Below, piece after piece: positions 1-14,800 of a DNA stretch of 64,000 nt. A program made the translations under genes and the position numbers. The DNA is from Squalus acanthias (lineage: Eukaryota). The stretch is from NCBI GenBank assembly GCA_030390025.1, contig JASTWF010000034.1, positions 4,402,001-4,466,000 of the forward strand, read 5' to 3'. Each line of letters opens with the position of its first letter. Positions within the stretch are counted from its first letter, which is position 1. A model generated the notes under the pieces. That model ran no database searches and had not been told where the DNA came from. It was given only the letters and a program-made list of their open reading frames with translations.

Positions 1-1780
1 TAGATTGGTGAATAAAATTACAGTTAATTTTTAATTTAGACATGAAACCTTCTAAACTGGGGAATAAAGATATTGTTGACTGTTAATTTGACATGATACC
101 CTCTAAACCGGGGTATTAAGTTACAGTTAATTGTTTATTTTGACCTGATACCATCTACATCGTGTAAAAAAGTTACAATCACTTTTTAAGTTGACATGAT
201 ACTCCCTACATCGGGTAATAAAGTTACAGTAAATTGTTAACTGAGACATAATGAACTCTACATCGGGGAATAATCTTGCAGTTAATTTTTAATTTGACAT
301 GATTCACTCTACACCAGGGAATAAAGTTACAGTGAATTGTTAATTTAGACATGATTCCCACGACACCGGGAAATGAAGTTACATGTAATTGTTAATTTAA
401 CATGATATCCTCTACACTGGGGAGTAAAGTTACAGATTATTGTTAATTTGACATGATACCCTCTACACTGGGGAGTAAAGTTACAGTTAATTGTTAATTT
501 AGACATGAGTCCCTCTACACTCGGGAATAAAGTTGCAGTTAACTGTTAATTTTGAAATGATGCCCTCTACACCTGGGAATAAAGTTGCAGTTAAATGTGA
601 ACTGAAACATCATACCCTTCACACCGGGGAATATTTTTACAGTTAATTGCAAATTTTGACAGGATGCCCTCTTCACCGAGGAATAAAGTTACAGTTAATT
701 GTTAATTTGGAGATGATACCCTCTACGCCGGGGATTAAAGTTACAGTTAATTGTTTATTTGACATGATTCCCTCGACACCGGGGAATAAAGTTACAGATA
801 ATTGTTAACTTAGACATGATGCCCTCTGCACAGGGAATAAATTTACATTAAATTGTTAATTGAGACATGATAACCTCTACACTGGGAAATAAAGTCACAT
901 TTGATAGTTAATTTTGCATGATATCCTCAACACCAGGGAATAAAGTTACAGTTAATTGTTAATTTGGACATGATACCTTCTACACAGGGGAATAAAGTTA
1001 CAGTTAATTGTAAATTTCGACACGATACCCTCTATATCGGGAATAAAGTTACTGTCAATTGTTAATTTAGACATGATTCCCTGCACACCATCGAATAAAG
1101 TTACAGTCAATTGCTAATTTTGAGATGATATCCTCTACACTTTGGAATAATGTTACAGTTAATTGTTAATTTTGACATGATGCCCACTACACCGGAGAAT
1201 ACACTTAAATTTAATTTTTAATTTGTCATGAAAACCTCTACACTGGGAATAATGTTACAGTTGATAGTTAATTTTAGATGATATCCACTACACTGGGGAA
1301 TAAAGTTACAGTTAATTGTTAATTTTGACATGAAGCCCACTACACCAGCAACTAAAGTTGCAGTTACTTGTTAATTTGACATGATACACTCTACACCGGG
1401 GAACACAGTTAGAGTTAATTGTTAATTTGTCATGATGCCCAGCAAACTGGGCAATATATTTAAAGTTATATTTTAATTTGTCATGAAAACCTCCACACTG
1501 GGGAATAAAGTTACAGTTGATTGTTAATTTTAAATGATACCTTCTCCACTGTGGTACAAAGTTACAGTTGATTGTTAATTTTACATGATACCCTCAACAC
1601 AGAGGAATAAGGTTACAGTTAAAAGTTTATTTGACATGATACCCTCTACACCGAGGAATAAAGTTACAGTAAATTGTTAATTTAGAAATGAATCCCTCGA
1701 AACCGGGGAATAAAGTTACACTTAATTTTTAATTTGAAATGATACACTCTACACCTGGGAATGAAGTTACAAATAATTGT

Positions 1781-3765
1781 TTATAGTTATATAAAAAGAA
1801 AAAGGGTGGCTAAAGTAAATGTTGGTCCCTTAGAGGATGAGACCGGGAAATTAATTGTGCGAAATATGGAGATGGCAAAAACACTGAATGAATATTTTGT
1901 ATCAGTCTTTACAGTAGAGGACACTAAGAATATCCCAACACTGGACAAACAGGGGGCTATAGGGGGAGAGGAGCTAAACACGATCAAAATCACTAAGGAA
2001 GTGGTACTCGGTAAAATAATGGGACTCAAGGCGGATAAATCACCTGGACCTGATGGCTTACATCCTAGAGTCTTGAAGGAAGTGGCGGTAGGGATTGTAG
2101 ATGCATTGGTAATAATTTTTCAAAACTCCCTGGATTCCGCTAAGGTCCCGGCAGACTGGAAAACTGCTAATGTAACACCCTTATTTAAAAAGGGCAATAG
2201 ACAGAAGACTGGTAACTATAGACCGGTTAGCCTAACATCTGTGGTAGGTAAGATTTTGGAGTCCATTATTAAGGAAACAGTAACAGGACATTTGGATAAT
2301 CATAATTTAATAGGACAAAGTCAGCATGGTTTTACGAAGGGGAAGTCATGTTTGACAAATTTGCTGGAGTTCTTTGAGGAAGTAACATATAGAGTGGATA
2401 AAGGGGAACCAGTGGATGTAGTGTATTTAGACTTCCAAAAGGCATTTGAAAAGGTGCCACACAAAAGATTATTGCTTAAGGTAAAAAATCACGGGATTGG
2501 GGGTAATATTCTGGCATGGATAGAGGATTGGCTATCTAACAGAAAGCAAAGAGTTGGGAGAAATGGTTCATTCTCAGACTGGCAATCAGTAACTAATGGT
2601 GTTCCACAGGGGTCAGTGCTGGGTTCCCAACTCTTTACAATCTATATTAACGATTTGGAGGAAGGGCCCAAGTGTAACATATCAAAATTTGCAGATGATA
2701 CAAAGATGGGAGGGAAAGTAGTGAGTGAGGAGGACATAAAAAACCTGCAAGGGGACATAGACAGGCTAAGTAAGTGGGCAGAGATTTGGCAGATGGAATA
2801 CAACACTGGAAAGTGTGAGGTGATGCACTTTGGCAGGAAAAATCCTAGAGCAATTTATTATCTTAATGGCAAGAAACTGGAGAGTACTGAAGTGCAAAGG
2901 GATCTGGGGGTCCTGGTGCACGAAACTCAAAAGGTTAGTATGCAGGTGCAGCAAGTGATTAAGAAGGCAAATGGAATGTTGGCTTTCATTGCTAGGGGGA
3001 TAGAATATAAAAATAGGGAGGTATTGCTTCAGTTGTACAAGGTATTGGTGAGACTGCACCTGGAATACTGCATACAGTTTTGGTGTCCCTACTTAAGGAA
3101 AGACATACTTGCTCTCGAGGCAGTGTAAAAAAGGTTCACTTGGTTAATCCCGGGGATGAGGGGGTGGTCATATGAGGAGAGGTTGGGTAGATTGGGACTC
3201 TACTCATTGGAGTTCAGAAGAATGAGTGGCGATCTTATTGAAACATATAAGATTGTGAAGGGGTTGGATCGGGTGGATGCGGGGAGGATGTTCCCGATGA
3301 CGGGTGAGACTAGAACTAGGGGACATAGTCTTAGAATAAGGGGCTGCTCTTTCAAAACTGAGATGAGGAGGAACTACTTCACTCAGAGGGTGGTAGGTCC
3401 ATGGAATATGCTGCCACAAAAAGATGTACAAGCTACATCATTAAATAAATTTAAAACAGAAATAGACAGTTTCCTAGAAGTAAAGGGCATTAAGGGTTAC
3501 GGGGAGCGGGCAGGAATTTGGACATGAGTCTAGGTTCGGATCGGTCATGGCCCTGTGGGTAGTGGAGCGGGCCCAGGGACCGTGTAGCCTGATTCTGATC
3601 CTACTTCGTGTGTGCAATTCTGTTAGATGCAAGAGATGGTTCTGTGATAGATAATAGATTGGCGGTTAGAATCAGATCAGCCATGATCTTATTGAATGGC
3701 GGAGCAGGCTCGAGGGGCCGATTGGCCTACTCCTGCTCCTATTTCTTATGTTCTTATGTTCTTAT
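1781..3765 (+). mobile_element. 5'-truncated CR1-clade LINE (HER1-like), RT region of ORF2 plus 3' UTR
   Basis: ORF 1761-3128 has [37 protein letters not shown] and KFADD. It continues in the same frame past a single TAA (3126-3128) to 3527. The element ends in the CR1 3' motif and a (TTCTTATG)n tail. Confidence 0.95.
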
Positions 3766-6700
3766 GACATGATGCCATCTACAACGGGGAGTAAAGTTAC
3801 AGTAAATTGTCAATTTAGAAATGAATCCCTCGAAACCGGGGAATAAAGTTACACTTAATTTTTAATTTGACATGATGCCCTCTACGCTGGGGTATAAAGT
3901 TTCAGTTAATTGTTAATTTCGACAGGATGCCCTCTAGATTGGTGAATAAAATTGCAGTTAATTTTTAATTTCGACATGACACCTTCTAAACTGGGGAATA
4001 AAGATATTGTTGACTGTTAATTTGACATGATACCCTCTAAACCGGGGTATTAAGTTACAGTTAATTGTTTATTTTGACCTGATACCATCTACATCGTGTA
4101 AAAAAGTTACAATCACTTTTTAAGTTGACATGATACTCCCTACATCGGGTAATAAAGTTACAGTAAATTGTTAAATGAGACATCATGCCCTCTACATCGG
4201 GGAATAAACTTACAGTTAATTTTTAATTTGACATGATTCACTCTACACCAGGGAGTAAAGTTACAGTGAATTGTTAATTTAGACATGATTCCCACTACAA
4301 CGGGAAATTAAGTAACATGTAATTGTTAATTTAACATGATACCCTCTACACTGGGGAGTAAAGTTACAGTTTATTGTTAATTTGACATGATACCCTCTAC
4401 ACTGGGGAGTAAAGTTACAGTTAATTGTTAATTGAATCATGAAACCCTCTACACTGGGGAATAAATTTACAGTTAATTGCTAATTTTGACATGATGCGCT
4501 CTACACCGGGAAATAAAGTTACAGTTACATGGTAATTGAGAAATGATGCCCTCTACAATGGAGAATAAAGTTACAGTTAGTTTTTAATTTAGACATGAGT
4601 CCCTCTACACAGGGTAATGAAGTTACAGTTAGTTTTTAATTTAGGCATGATACCCTGTATACCGGGAAATAAAGATAGAGTTAATTGTTAATTTGTCACG
4701 ATGTCCTCTGCACCGGGTAAAAAAGTTAAAGTTAATTGTTAATTTTATATATGATACCCTCTACACTGGGGAATACAGTTATAGTTAATTGTTAATTTAG
4801 ACATGATACCTTCTACAAATGGGAATAAAGTTACATTTAATGGTTTATTTAGACATGATTCCCTCTACACCGGGGAATATAGTTACAGTTAATTGATAAT
4901 TTTGACAAAATACCTTCAGCAAAGGGGAATAAAGTTACATTTAACGGTGTATTTAGACATGATACCCTCCACACCGGGGAATATAATTACAGTTAATTGA
5001 TAATTTTGACATGATACTTTCTACAAAGAGGAATAAAGTTACATTTATTGGTTTATTTAGACATGATACCCTCTACACCGGGGAATAAAGTTACAGTTAA
5101 TTGTTGAATTGACATGAAACCGGGTACACTGTGGAATAAATTTACAGTCATTATTTTAACATGATAATCTCTACACCGGATAATTAATTTACAGTTACTT
5201 GTTAATTTCGACATGATACCTTCTGTACAGTTGAATAAAGTTACAGTTAATTGTTAATTTGATATTATGCCCTCTAAACCAGGGAATAAAGTTACAGTTA
5301 ATTGTTAATTTAAACATGATGCCCTCTACATCGGGGAATAAAGTATAGTTAATTGTTAATTTAAACATGATGCCCTCTATACTGGGGAATAAAGTTACAG
5401 CAAATTGTCAATTGAGACAGGATTCCTTCAACACCGGGGAATATAGTTACAGTTAATTGTTAATTTAGACATAATTCCTTCTCCATCGGGGAATATAGTT
5501 ACAGTTAATTGTTAATTTCGACATGATACCCTCTAAACCGGGGTATAAAGTTACATTTAATGGTTTATTTAAACATGATTCCCTTGACACCGGGGAATAT
5601 AGTTACAGTTAATTGCTAATTTTGATATAATGCCCTCTACACCGGGAAATAAAGTTACAGTTAATTGTTAATTTGATATCATACCCTCTACACCGGGGAA
5701 TAAAGATAAAGTTAACTGTTAATTTGTTATGATATCCTCTACACCGGGGAGTAAAGTTATAGTTAATTGTTAATTTAGACATGATGCCTTCTACAAAGGG
5801 GAATAAAGTTACATTTAATGGTTTATTTAGACATGATGCCCTCCACACCGGGGAATATAGTTACAGTAAATTGTTAATTTAGACGGGATACCCTCTACAC
5901 CGGGGAATAAAGTTACAGTTAATAGTTAATTTAGACATGATACCCTCTAAACCGGGAATAAAGTTACATTTAATCGTTTATTTAGACATGATTCCCTTGA
6001 CACCGGGGAAATTAGTTACAGTTAATTGCTAATTTTGATATAATGCCCTCTACACCGGGAAATAAAGTTACAGTTAATTGTTAATTTGATATGATATCCT
6101 CTACACCTGGGAATAAAGTTATAGTTAATTGTTAATTTAGACATGATGCCTTCTACAAAGGGGAATGAAGTTACATTTAATGGTTTATTTAGACATGATG
6201 CACTCCACACCGGGAATATAGTTGCAATAAATTGATAATATTGCCATAATACCCTCTACACCGGGAAATAATTTTACAGTTAATTGTTAATTTAGATGGG
6301 ATACCCTCTACACCAGTGAATAAAGTTACAGTTAATTGTTAATTTATACATGATACCCTGTGCACCATAGAATAAAATTACAGTTAATTGGTAAATTGAA
6401 ATGATACCCTCTACACTGTGGAATAAAGTTACAGTCATTTTTTTAACATTGTAATCTCAACACCGGGGAATAAAGTTACAGTTAATTGTTAATTTCGACA
6501 TGATACCCTCGGCACCGGGGAATAAATTAATTTTCAATTTTTAATTTAGGCATGAAACCCTCTACAGCAGGCAATAAATTTACAGTTAATTTTTAATTTG
6601 ACATGGTATCCTATTCACCGTGGAATAAAGTTACAGTTAATTGTTACTTTAGACATGATACACCCTACCCCGGGGAATAATTTTACAGTTAATTGTTAAT

Positions 6701-9700
6701 ATGACATGAAGCCCTCGACACCGGGGTGTAAAGTTACATGTTAATTGTTAATTTGACATGATACCCTCTGCACCGGGGAATAAAGTTAGAGTTAATTATT
6801 AATTTGACATGATGCCCACAACACTGGGGAATAAATTTAATGTTAATTTTTAATTTGTCTTGAAAATATCTACACAGGGGAATAAAGTTACAGTAAATTG
6901 TTAATTTAGACATGATACCCTCTACACCGAGGAATAAAGATACAGTTAAATGTTAATTTGACATTGATACCATCTGCACCGGGGAATTAAGTTACAGTTA
7001 ATTGTTAATTTATCAATGATTCCCTCTAAACTGGGGAATAAAGTTACACTTAATTGATCATTTGAAATGATACACTCTGCACCTGGGAATAAAGTTAGAA
7101 TTAGTTTTTAATTTGACATGATACACTCTACACCCTGAAATAAAATTACACTTAATTGTTAATTTAGACATGATACACTATTCAATGGTGAATTAAAATT
7201 ATACTTAATTTTTAATTTGACATGATGTCCTCTACAATGGGGAATAAAGTTTCAGTTAATTGTTAATTTTGACAGGATGCCCTCTGCATTGGTGAATAAA
7301 ATTACAGTACATTTTTAATTTAGACATTATACCTTCTACAGTCGGGAATAAAGTTAAAGTTAATTTTTAGTTTGACATGTTACCCACTAAACCGTCGTAT
7401 AAAGTTATAGTTAATTGGTAATTTAGACATGATACCCTCTGCATCCGGCAATAAAGTTACAATCAATGTTGAATTTGACATGATACTCCCTACATCGGGT
7501 AATAAAGTTACAGTAAATTGTTAACTGAGACATGATACCCTCTACACCGGGGAATAAAGTACAGTTAATTGTTAATTTGACATGATTCACTCTACACCGG
7601 GGTATGAAGTTACATGTAATTGTTAATTTGACCTGATACCCTCTACACTGGGGAATAAAGTTACAGTTAATTGCTAATTATGACATAAATGGTAATTGAG
7701 ACATGATGCCCTCTACACCGGGGAATAAAGTTACAGTTCATTGTTAATTTAGACATGATACCTTCTGCACAGTTGAATAAAGTTACAGTTAATTGTTAAT
7801 TTAGACATGATTCCCGTCACATCGGGGAATAAAGTTACAAATAATTGTTAATTTAGACATGATTCCCCTTACACCCGGGAATAAAGTTACAGTTAATTGC
7901 TAATTTTGACAAGATACCCTCTGCACCGGGGAATAATTTTACACTTAATTGTTAATTTTGACATGATTCCCTCTACACGGGGGAATAAAGTTACAGTTAA
8001 TTGCTAATTTTGACATGATGCGCACTACACCGCGAAATAAAGTTACAGTTAAATGGTAATTGAGACATGATGCCACCTACACCAGGGAATAAAGTTACAG
8101 TTAGTTTTTAATTTAGACATGATATCCTGTGTACCGGGGAATCATTTTAAAGTTAATTGTGAATTTTGGCATGAACCCCTCTACAACGGGGACTAAAGTT
8201 ATATGTTAATTGTTAATTTGACATGATACCATCCACACCGGGGAATAAAGTTGGTGTTAATTTTTAATTTTACCTGATGCACACTACACGGGGGAATAAA
8301 TTTAAATTAATGTTTAATTTGTCATGTAAACATCTACACTGGAGAAAAAAGTTACAGTTGATTGTAAATTTTACATGATACCCTCTACACCGGAGAATAA
8401 AGTTACAGTAAATTGTTAATTTAGACATGATACGCTCTACACTAAGGAATAAAGATACAGTTAAATATTAATTTGACATGATACACTCTAAACCAGGGAA
8501 TAAAGTTACAGTTAACTGTTAATTTAGACATGATGCCCTCGAAACTGGGGAATAAAGTTAAAGTTAATTGTTACTTTGACATGATACCTTCTACACCGGG
8601 GAATAAATTTACATTAAAATGTTAATTAAGACATGATACCCTCTACAACGAGGAGTAAAGTTACAGTAAAATAATAATTAGACTTGTTTGCCTCTGCACC
8701 GGGGAATAAACGTACAGTTAATTGTTAATTTGACATGATGCACTCTACACCAGGGAATAAAGTTACATTGAATTGTTAATTTAGACATGATTCCCGCTAT
8801 TCCAGGGAATGAAGTTACAGTTAGTTGTTAATTTAGACATGATACCCTCTACAACGGGGAATAACATTAAAGTTAATTATTAATTTGATATGATGCCCTC
8901 TGCACCAGGGAATAATGTTACAATTAATTGTTAACTTAATCATCATACCCTCCACACCGGGGAATATAGTTACAGTTAATTGCAAATTTTGACATGATGC
9001 TCTCTACACCGGGGAATAAATTTATGGTGAATTGTTAATTTAGACATGATTCCCTCTACACCGGGTAATGAAGTTAGATGTTTTGATAATTTGACATGAT
9101 GCCCTCTACACTGGGGAATAAAGTTACAGTTAATTGTTAATTTAGACATGATACCCTCCAAACCGGGGAATAGTGTTAAAAATAATTCTTAATTTAGACA
9201 TTATACCTTCTGCAAAGGGGAATAAAGTCACATTTAACTGTTGAATTAGATATGATTCCCTCCAAACCAGATAATATTGTTACAGTTTATTCTGAATTTA
9301 CACATTATACCTTCTGCAAAGGGAAATAAATATACATTTAATTGTTAATTTATACAGTATTCCCTCCACTCCGGGGAATATAGTTACAGTTAATTGCTAG
9401 TTTAGACATGATGCCCTCTAAACCAGGGAATAATGTTACAGATAATTGTAAGATAAAGCATCATACCCTCCACCCCGGGGAATACATTTACAGATATTTG
9501 CTAATTTTGACATGATGCCCTCTACACCGGGCAATAAAGTTACAGTTAATTGTTAATTTTGACATGATACCCTCTACACCAGGGAAGAAAGTTACAGTTA
9601 ATAGTTAATTTGACATGATGCCCTCTACACCAGTGAATAAACTTTCAATTAATTGTTAATTTCGACAAGATGCCCTCTACATTGTTGAAAAAAGTTACAG

Positions 9701-11880
9701 TTAATTGTTAATTTCGACATAATGTACTCTACACCAGGAAATATAGATACAGTGAATTGTTAATTTGACATGAATCCCTCTACACCGGGAATAAAGTTAC
9801 AGTTAATTGTTAATTTAGACATGATTCCCTGTACACTGCGGAATAAAGTTAGAGTTAATTTTTAATTTGACATTGTGTCCTCCACAGCGGGAATAATTTT
9901 ACAATTAATTGTAAATTTCAACATGATACCCTCTACACTGGGTAATTAAAATGACAGATAATTGTTTATTTGACATGATGCCCTCCACACCGGGTAATAA
10001 AGTTACAGTTAATTTGTTAATATGACATCATGCCACGGCACTGGGGAATAATTTTAAAGTTAATTTTTAATTTGTCATGAAAACATCTACACTGGGGAAA
10101 AAAGTTAGATTTGATTGTTAATATTAAATGATAACCTCTACACCGGGGAATAAAGTTACAGTAAATTGTTCATTTAGAGATGATACCCTCTACAGCGGAT
10201 AATAAAGATACAGTTAAATGTTAATTTAACATGATACCCTCTACATCGGGGAATGAAGTTACAGTTAATTGTTAATATAGAAATGATTCCCTCTAAAATG
10301 GGAAATAAATTTACACTTAATTGTTAATTCGACATGATACACTTGAAACCAGGGAATAAAGTTACAATTAATTGTTAATTTAGACATGGTGCCCTATACA
10401 CCGGGTAATAAAGTTACAGTTAATTGTTAATATGAAATGATGCCCTCGAAACTGGGGAATAAATTTAAAGTTAATTGTGAATTTGACGTGATACTCACTA
10501 TACTGGGGAATAAAGTTACAGTTGATTGTGAATTTGACATGAGACCCTTTACACTGGTGAATACTGTAATAGTCATTTTTATAAGGCTTGGTAACCTCTA
10601 CACCGGGCAATAAAGTTACAGTAAATTCATAATTAAGACATGAAACCCTCTACACCGAGAAGTAAAGTTAGAGTTAAATATTAATTTGACATGATTGCCT
10701 CTGCACCGGGGAATAAACTTATAATTAATTGTTAATTTGACATGATGCACGCAACACCAGGGAATAAAGTTACATTGAATTGTTAATTTAGACATGATGC
10801 ACGCTATTCCAGGGAATGAAGTTACAGTTAATTGTTAATTTGACTTGATGTCCTCTACACCGGGGAATAAATTTGCAGTTAACTGTTAATTTAGTCATGA
10901 TACCTTCTAAACAGGGGCATGCAGTTACAGTTAATTTTTAATTTTTACATGAGGCACTCTACAGAGGGAAATAAAGTTACAGTTAATTGTTAATTCAGAC
11001 ATGATACCCTGTATACCGGGGAATAAAGTTACAGTTAATTGTTAATTTGGCATGATGCCTTCTTCACCGGGGAATTAACATTACAGATGATTCTTTATTT
11101 AACTTGATGTCCTCTACACCGGGAATAAATTTACAGTTGACTGTTAATTTAAACATAATACCATCTACAACGGGGAATAATATTAAAGTTGATTATTAAT
11201 TTGATATGATACCCTCTTCACCAGAGTATAAATTTACAGCTAATTTTTAATTTAGACATGTTATCCTCTACACCAGGGATTAAAGTCACATTTAATTGTT
11301 AATTTAGATATGATTCCCTCCACACCGGGGAATATAGTTACAGTTAATTGCTAATTTAGACATGATTCCCTCTAAACCGGTGAATAAAGTTACAATTAAT
11401 TGTTAATTTAGACATGCTATCCTCTTCCCCAGGGAATAATCTTACAATTAATTGTTAACTTAAACATCATACCCTCCACACCGAGGAATATAGTTACAGT
11501 TAATTGCTAATTTTTCAATGATGCGCTCTACACAGGGAAATAAAGTTACAGTTCATTGTTAATTGGGACATGATGACCTCTACACCGGGGAATAAAGTTA
11601 CAGTGTATTGTTAATTTAGACATGATTCACTCTACACCGGGGAATGAAGTTACATGTTTTGTTAATTTGACATGATTCACACAACACCAGGGAATAAAGT
11701 TAGAGTTAATTATTTATTTGACATGATGCCAACTATATTGGGGAATATAGAGTTAATTTTTAATTTGTCATGAAAACATCTACACTGGGGAAAAAAGTTA
11801 CAGTTGATTGTAAATTTTACATGATACCCTCTACACCGGGGAATAAAGTTACAGTAAATTGTTAATTTATACATGATACC

Positions 11881-14800
11881 CTCTACACCGAGGAGGAAAG
11901 TTACAGTTAAATATTAATTTGACATGATTGCCTCTGCACCGGTTAATAAACTTATATTTAATTGTTAATTTGACATGATGCAGTCTGCACCAGGGAATAA
12001 AGTTACATTGAATTGCTAATTTAGACATGATTCCCGCTATTCCAGGGAATGAAGTTACAGTTAATTGTTAATTTGGCATGATGCCCTCTACACCGGGATT
12101 AAAGTTACAGTTAATTGTTAATTTAGACACGATACCCTCTACACCGGGGAGTTAAAATAACAGATCATTGTTTATTTGAATTGATGTCCTCTACATCGGG
12201 GAATAACATTAAAGTTAATTAATAATTTGATATGATACCCTCTTCAGCAGAGTATAAAGTTACAGTTAATTTTTAATTTAGACATGATATCCTCTCCACC
12301 AGGGAATAAAGTCACATTTAATTGTTAATTTAGGCATGATTCCCTCCACACTGGGGAATATAGTTACAGCTAATTGCTAATTTAGACATGATGCCCTCTA
12401 AACCGGGGAATAAAGGTACAGTTAATTTAGACATAATATCCTCTACAGCGAGGAATAAAGATACAGTTAAATGTTAATTTAACATAATACCCTCTACACC
12501 GGGGAATTAAGTTGCAGTTAATAGTTAATTTAACATGATACCCTCTACACTGGGGAATAAAGTTACAGTTGATTGTGAATTTGACATGATAACCTTTACA
12601 CTGGGGTGTACTGAGACAGTCAATTGTTTAAAAGACTTGATAACTTCTGCACCGGGCAATAAAGTTACAGTAAATTGTTAATTCAGATATGATACCCTCT
12701 ACACCGAGGAGTAAAGTTACAGTCAAACATTAAGTTGACAAGATTGCCTCTGTATCGGGGAATAAACTTACATTTAATTGTTAATTTGACATGATGCCCT
12801 CTACACTGGGGAATAAAGTTACAGTTAATTGTTAATTTAGACATGATACCGTCTACAACGAGGAATAAAATTACATTTAATTGTTAATTTTGACATGATT
12901 CCCGCTACACCGCATAATATAGTTACAGTTATTAGCTAATTTTTACATGATGCGCTCTACACAGGGAAATAAAGTTAGAGTTAATTGTTAATTTGACATG
13001 CTGCCCAATATATTGGGGAATAAATTTAAAGTTAATTTTTAATTTGTAACAGTTTATGTTAATTTGACATGATGTACTCTACACCAGGAAATAAAGTTGC
13101 ATTGAATTCTTAATTTAGACATGATTCCTGCTATTCCAGGGAATGAAGTTACAGTTAATTGTTAATTTAGAAATGATTCCCTCTAAACCAGGGAATAAGG
13201 TTACAGTTAATTGTTTATTTCGACATGAAACCCTCCACACCCGGTAATTAACAGTTAATTGCAAATTTTGACATGATATCCTCTACTCCATGGAATAAAG
13301 TTACAGTTATGTGTTAATTTAGTGAAGACGCCCTCAACACCATGGAATAAAGTTACTGTTCATTGTAAATGTTGACATGATATACTCTACACCAGGGAAT
13401 AAAGTTACAGTTAAGTGTTAATTTAGAGAAGATGCCCTCTACACCGGGGATTAAAATTACAGTAAATTGTTAATTTTGACATGAAGCCCTCTACAACGGG
13501 GAACAAAGTTTCAGTTAATTGTTAATTTCGAGAAGATGCCCTCTACATTGTTGAATAATGTTACAGTTAATTGTTAATTTTGACATGAAGCCCTCTACAC
13601 CGGGGACTGCAGTTACAGTTAATTGTTAATTTAGACATGATTCCCTCTACACCAGGAAATGAAGTTACATGTAATTGTTAATTTGACATGAGACCCTCTA
13701 CACCGGGGAATAAAGTTAAAGTTAATTGTTAATTTGGACATGATACCCTCTACACCGAGGAATAAAATTATATTTATTTTTTAATTTAGACATGATTCCT
13801 GCTACACCGCGTAATATAGTTACAGTTATTTGCTAATTTTTACATGTTGCACTCTACACAGGGAAATAATACTACAGATAATTGTTAATTCAGAAATGAT
13901 ACCCTGTATACCAGGGAATAAAGTTACAGTTAATAGTTAATTTGACATGATGCCCTCTACACCGAGGAGGAAAGTTACAGTTAAATATTAATTTGACATG
14001 ATTGCCTCTGCACCGGTTAATAAACTTATATTTAATTGTTAATTTGACATGATGCAGTCTGCACCAGGGAATAAAGTTACATTGAATTGCTAATTTAGAC
14101 ATGATTCCCGCTATTCCAGGGAATGAAGTTACAGTTAATTGTTAATTTGGCATGATGCCCTCTACACCGGGATTAAAGTTACAGTTAATTGTTAATTTAG
14201 ACACGATACCCTCTACACCGGGGAGTTAAAATAACAGATCATTGTTTATTTGAATTGATGTCCTCTACATCGGGGAATAACATTAAAGTTAATTAATAAT
14301 TTGATATGATACCCTCTTCAGCAGAGTATAAAGTTACAGTTAATTTTTAATTTAGACATGATATCCTCTCCACCAGGGAATAAAGTCACATTTAATTGTT
14401 AATTTTGGCATGATCCCCTCCACACTGGGGAATATAGTTACAGCTAATTGCTAATTTAGACATGATGCCCTCTAAACCGGGGAATAAAGGTACAGTTAAT
14501 TTAGACATAATATCCTCTACAGCGAGGAATAAAGCTACAGTTAAATGTTAATTTAACATAATACCCTCTACACCGGGGAATTAAGTTGCAGTTAATAGTT
14601 AATTTAACATGATACCCTCTACACTGGGGAATAAAGTTACAGTTGATTGTGAATTTGACATGATAACCTTTACACTGGGGTGTACTGAGACAGTCAATTG
14701 TTTAAAAGACTTGATAACTTCTGCACCGGGCAATAAAGTTACAGTAAATTGTTAATTCAGATATGATACCCTCTACACCGAGGAGTAAAGTTACAGTCAA

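Noticed and set aside
1761..3527. Active reverse transcriptase gene
   Set aside because: 5'-truncated (no endonuclease or ORF1). The ATG comes from flanking satellite, and there is an internal stop.
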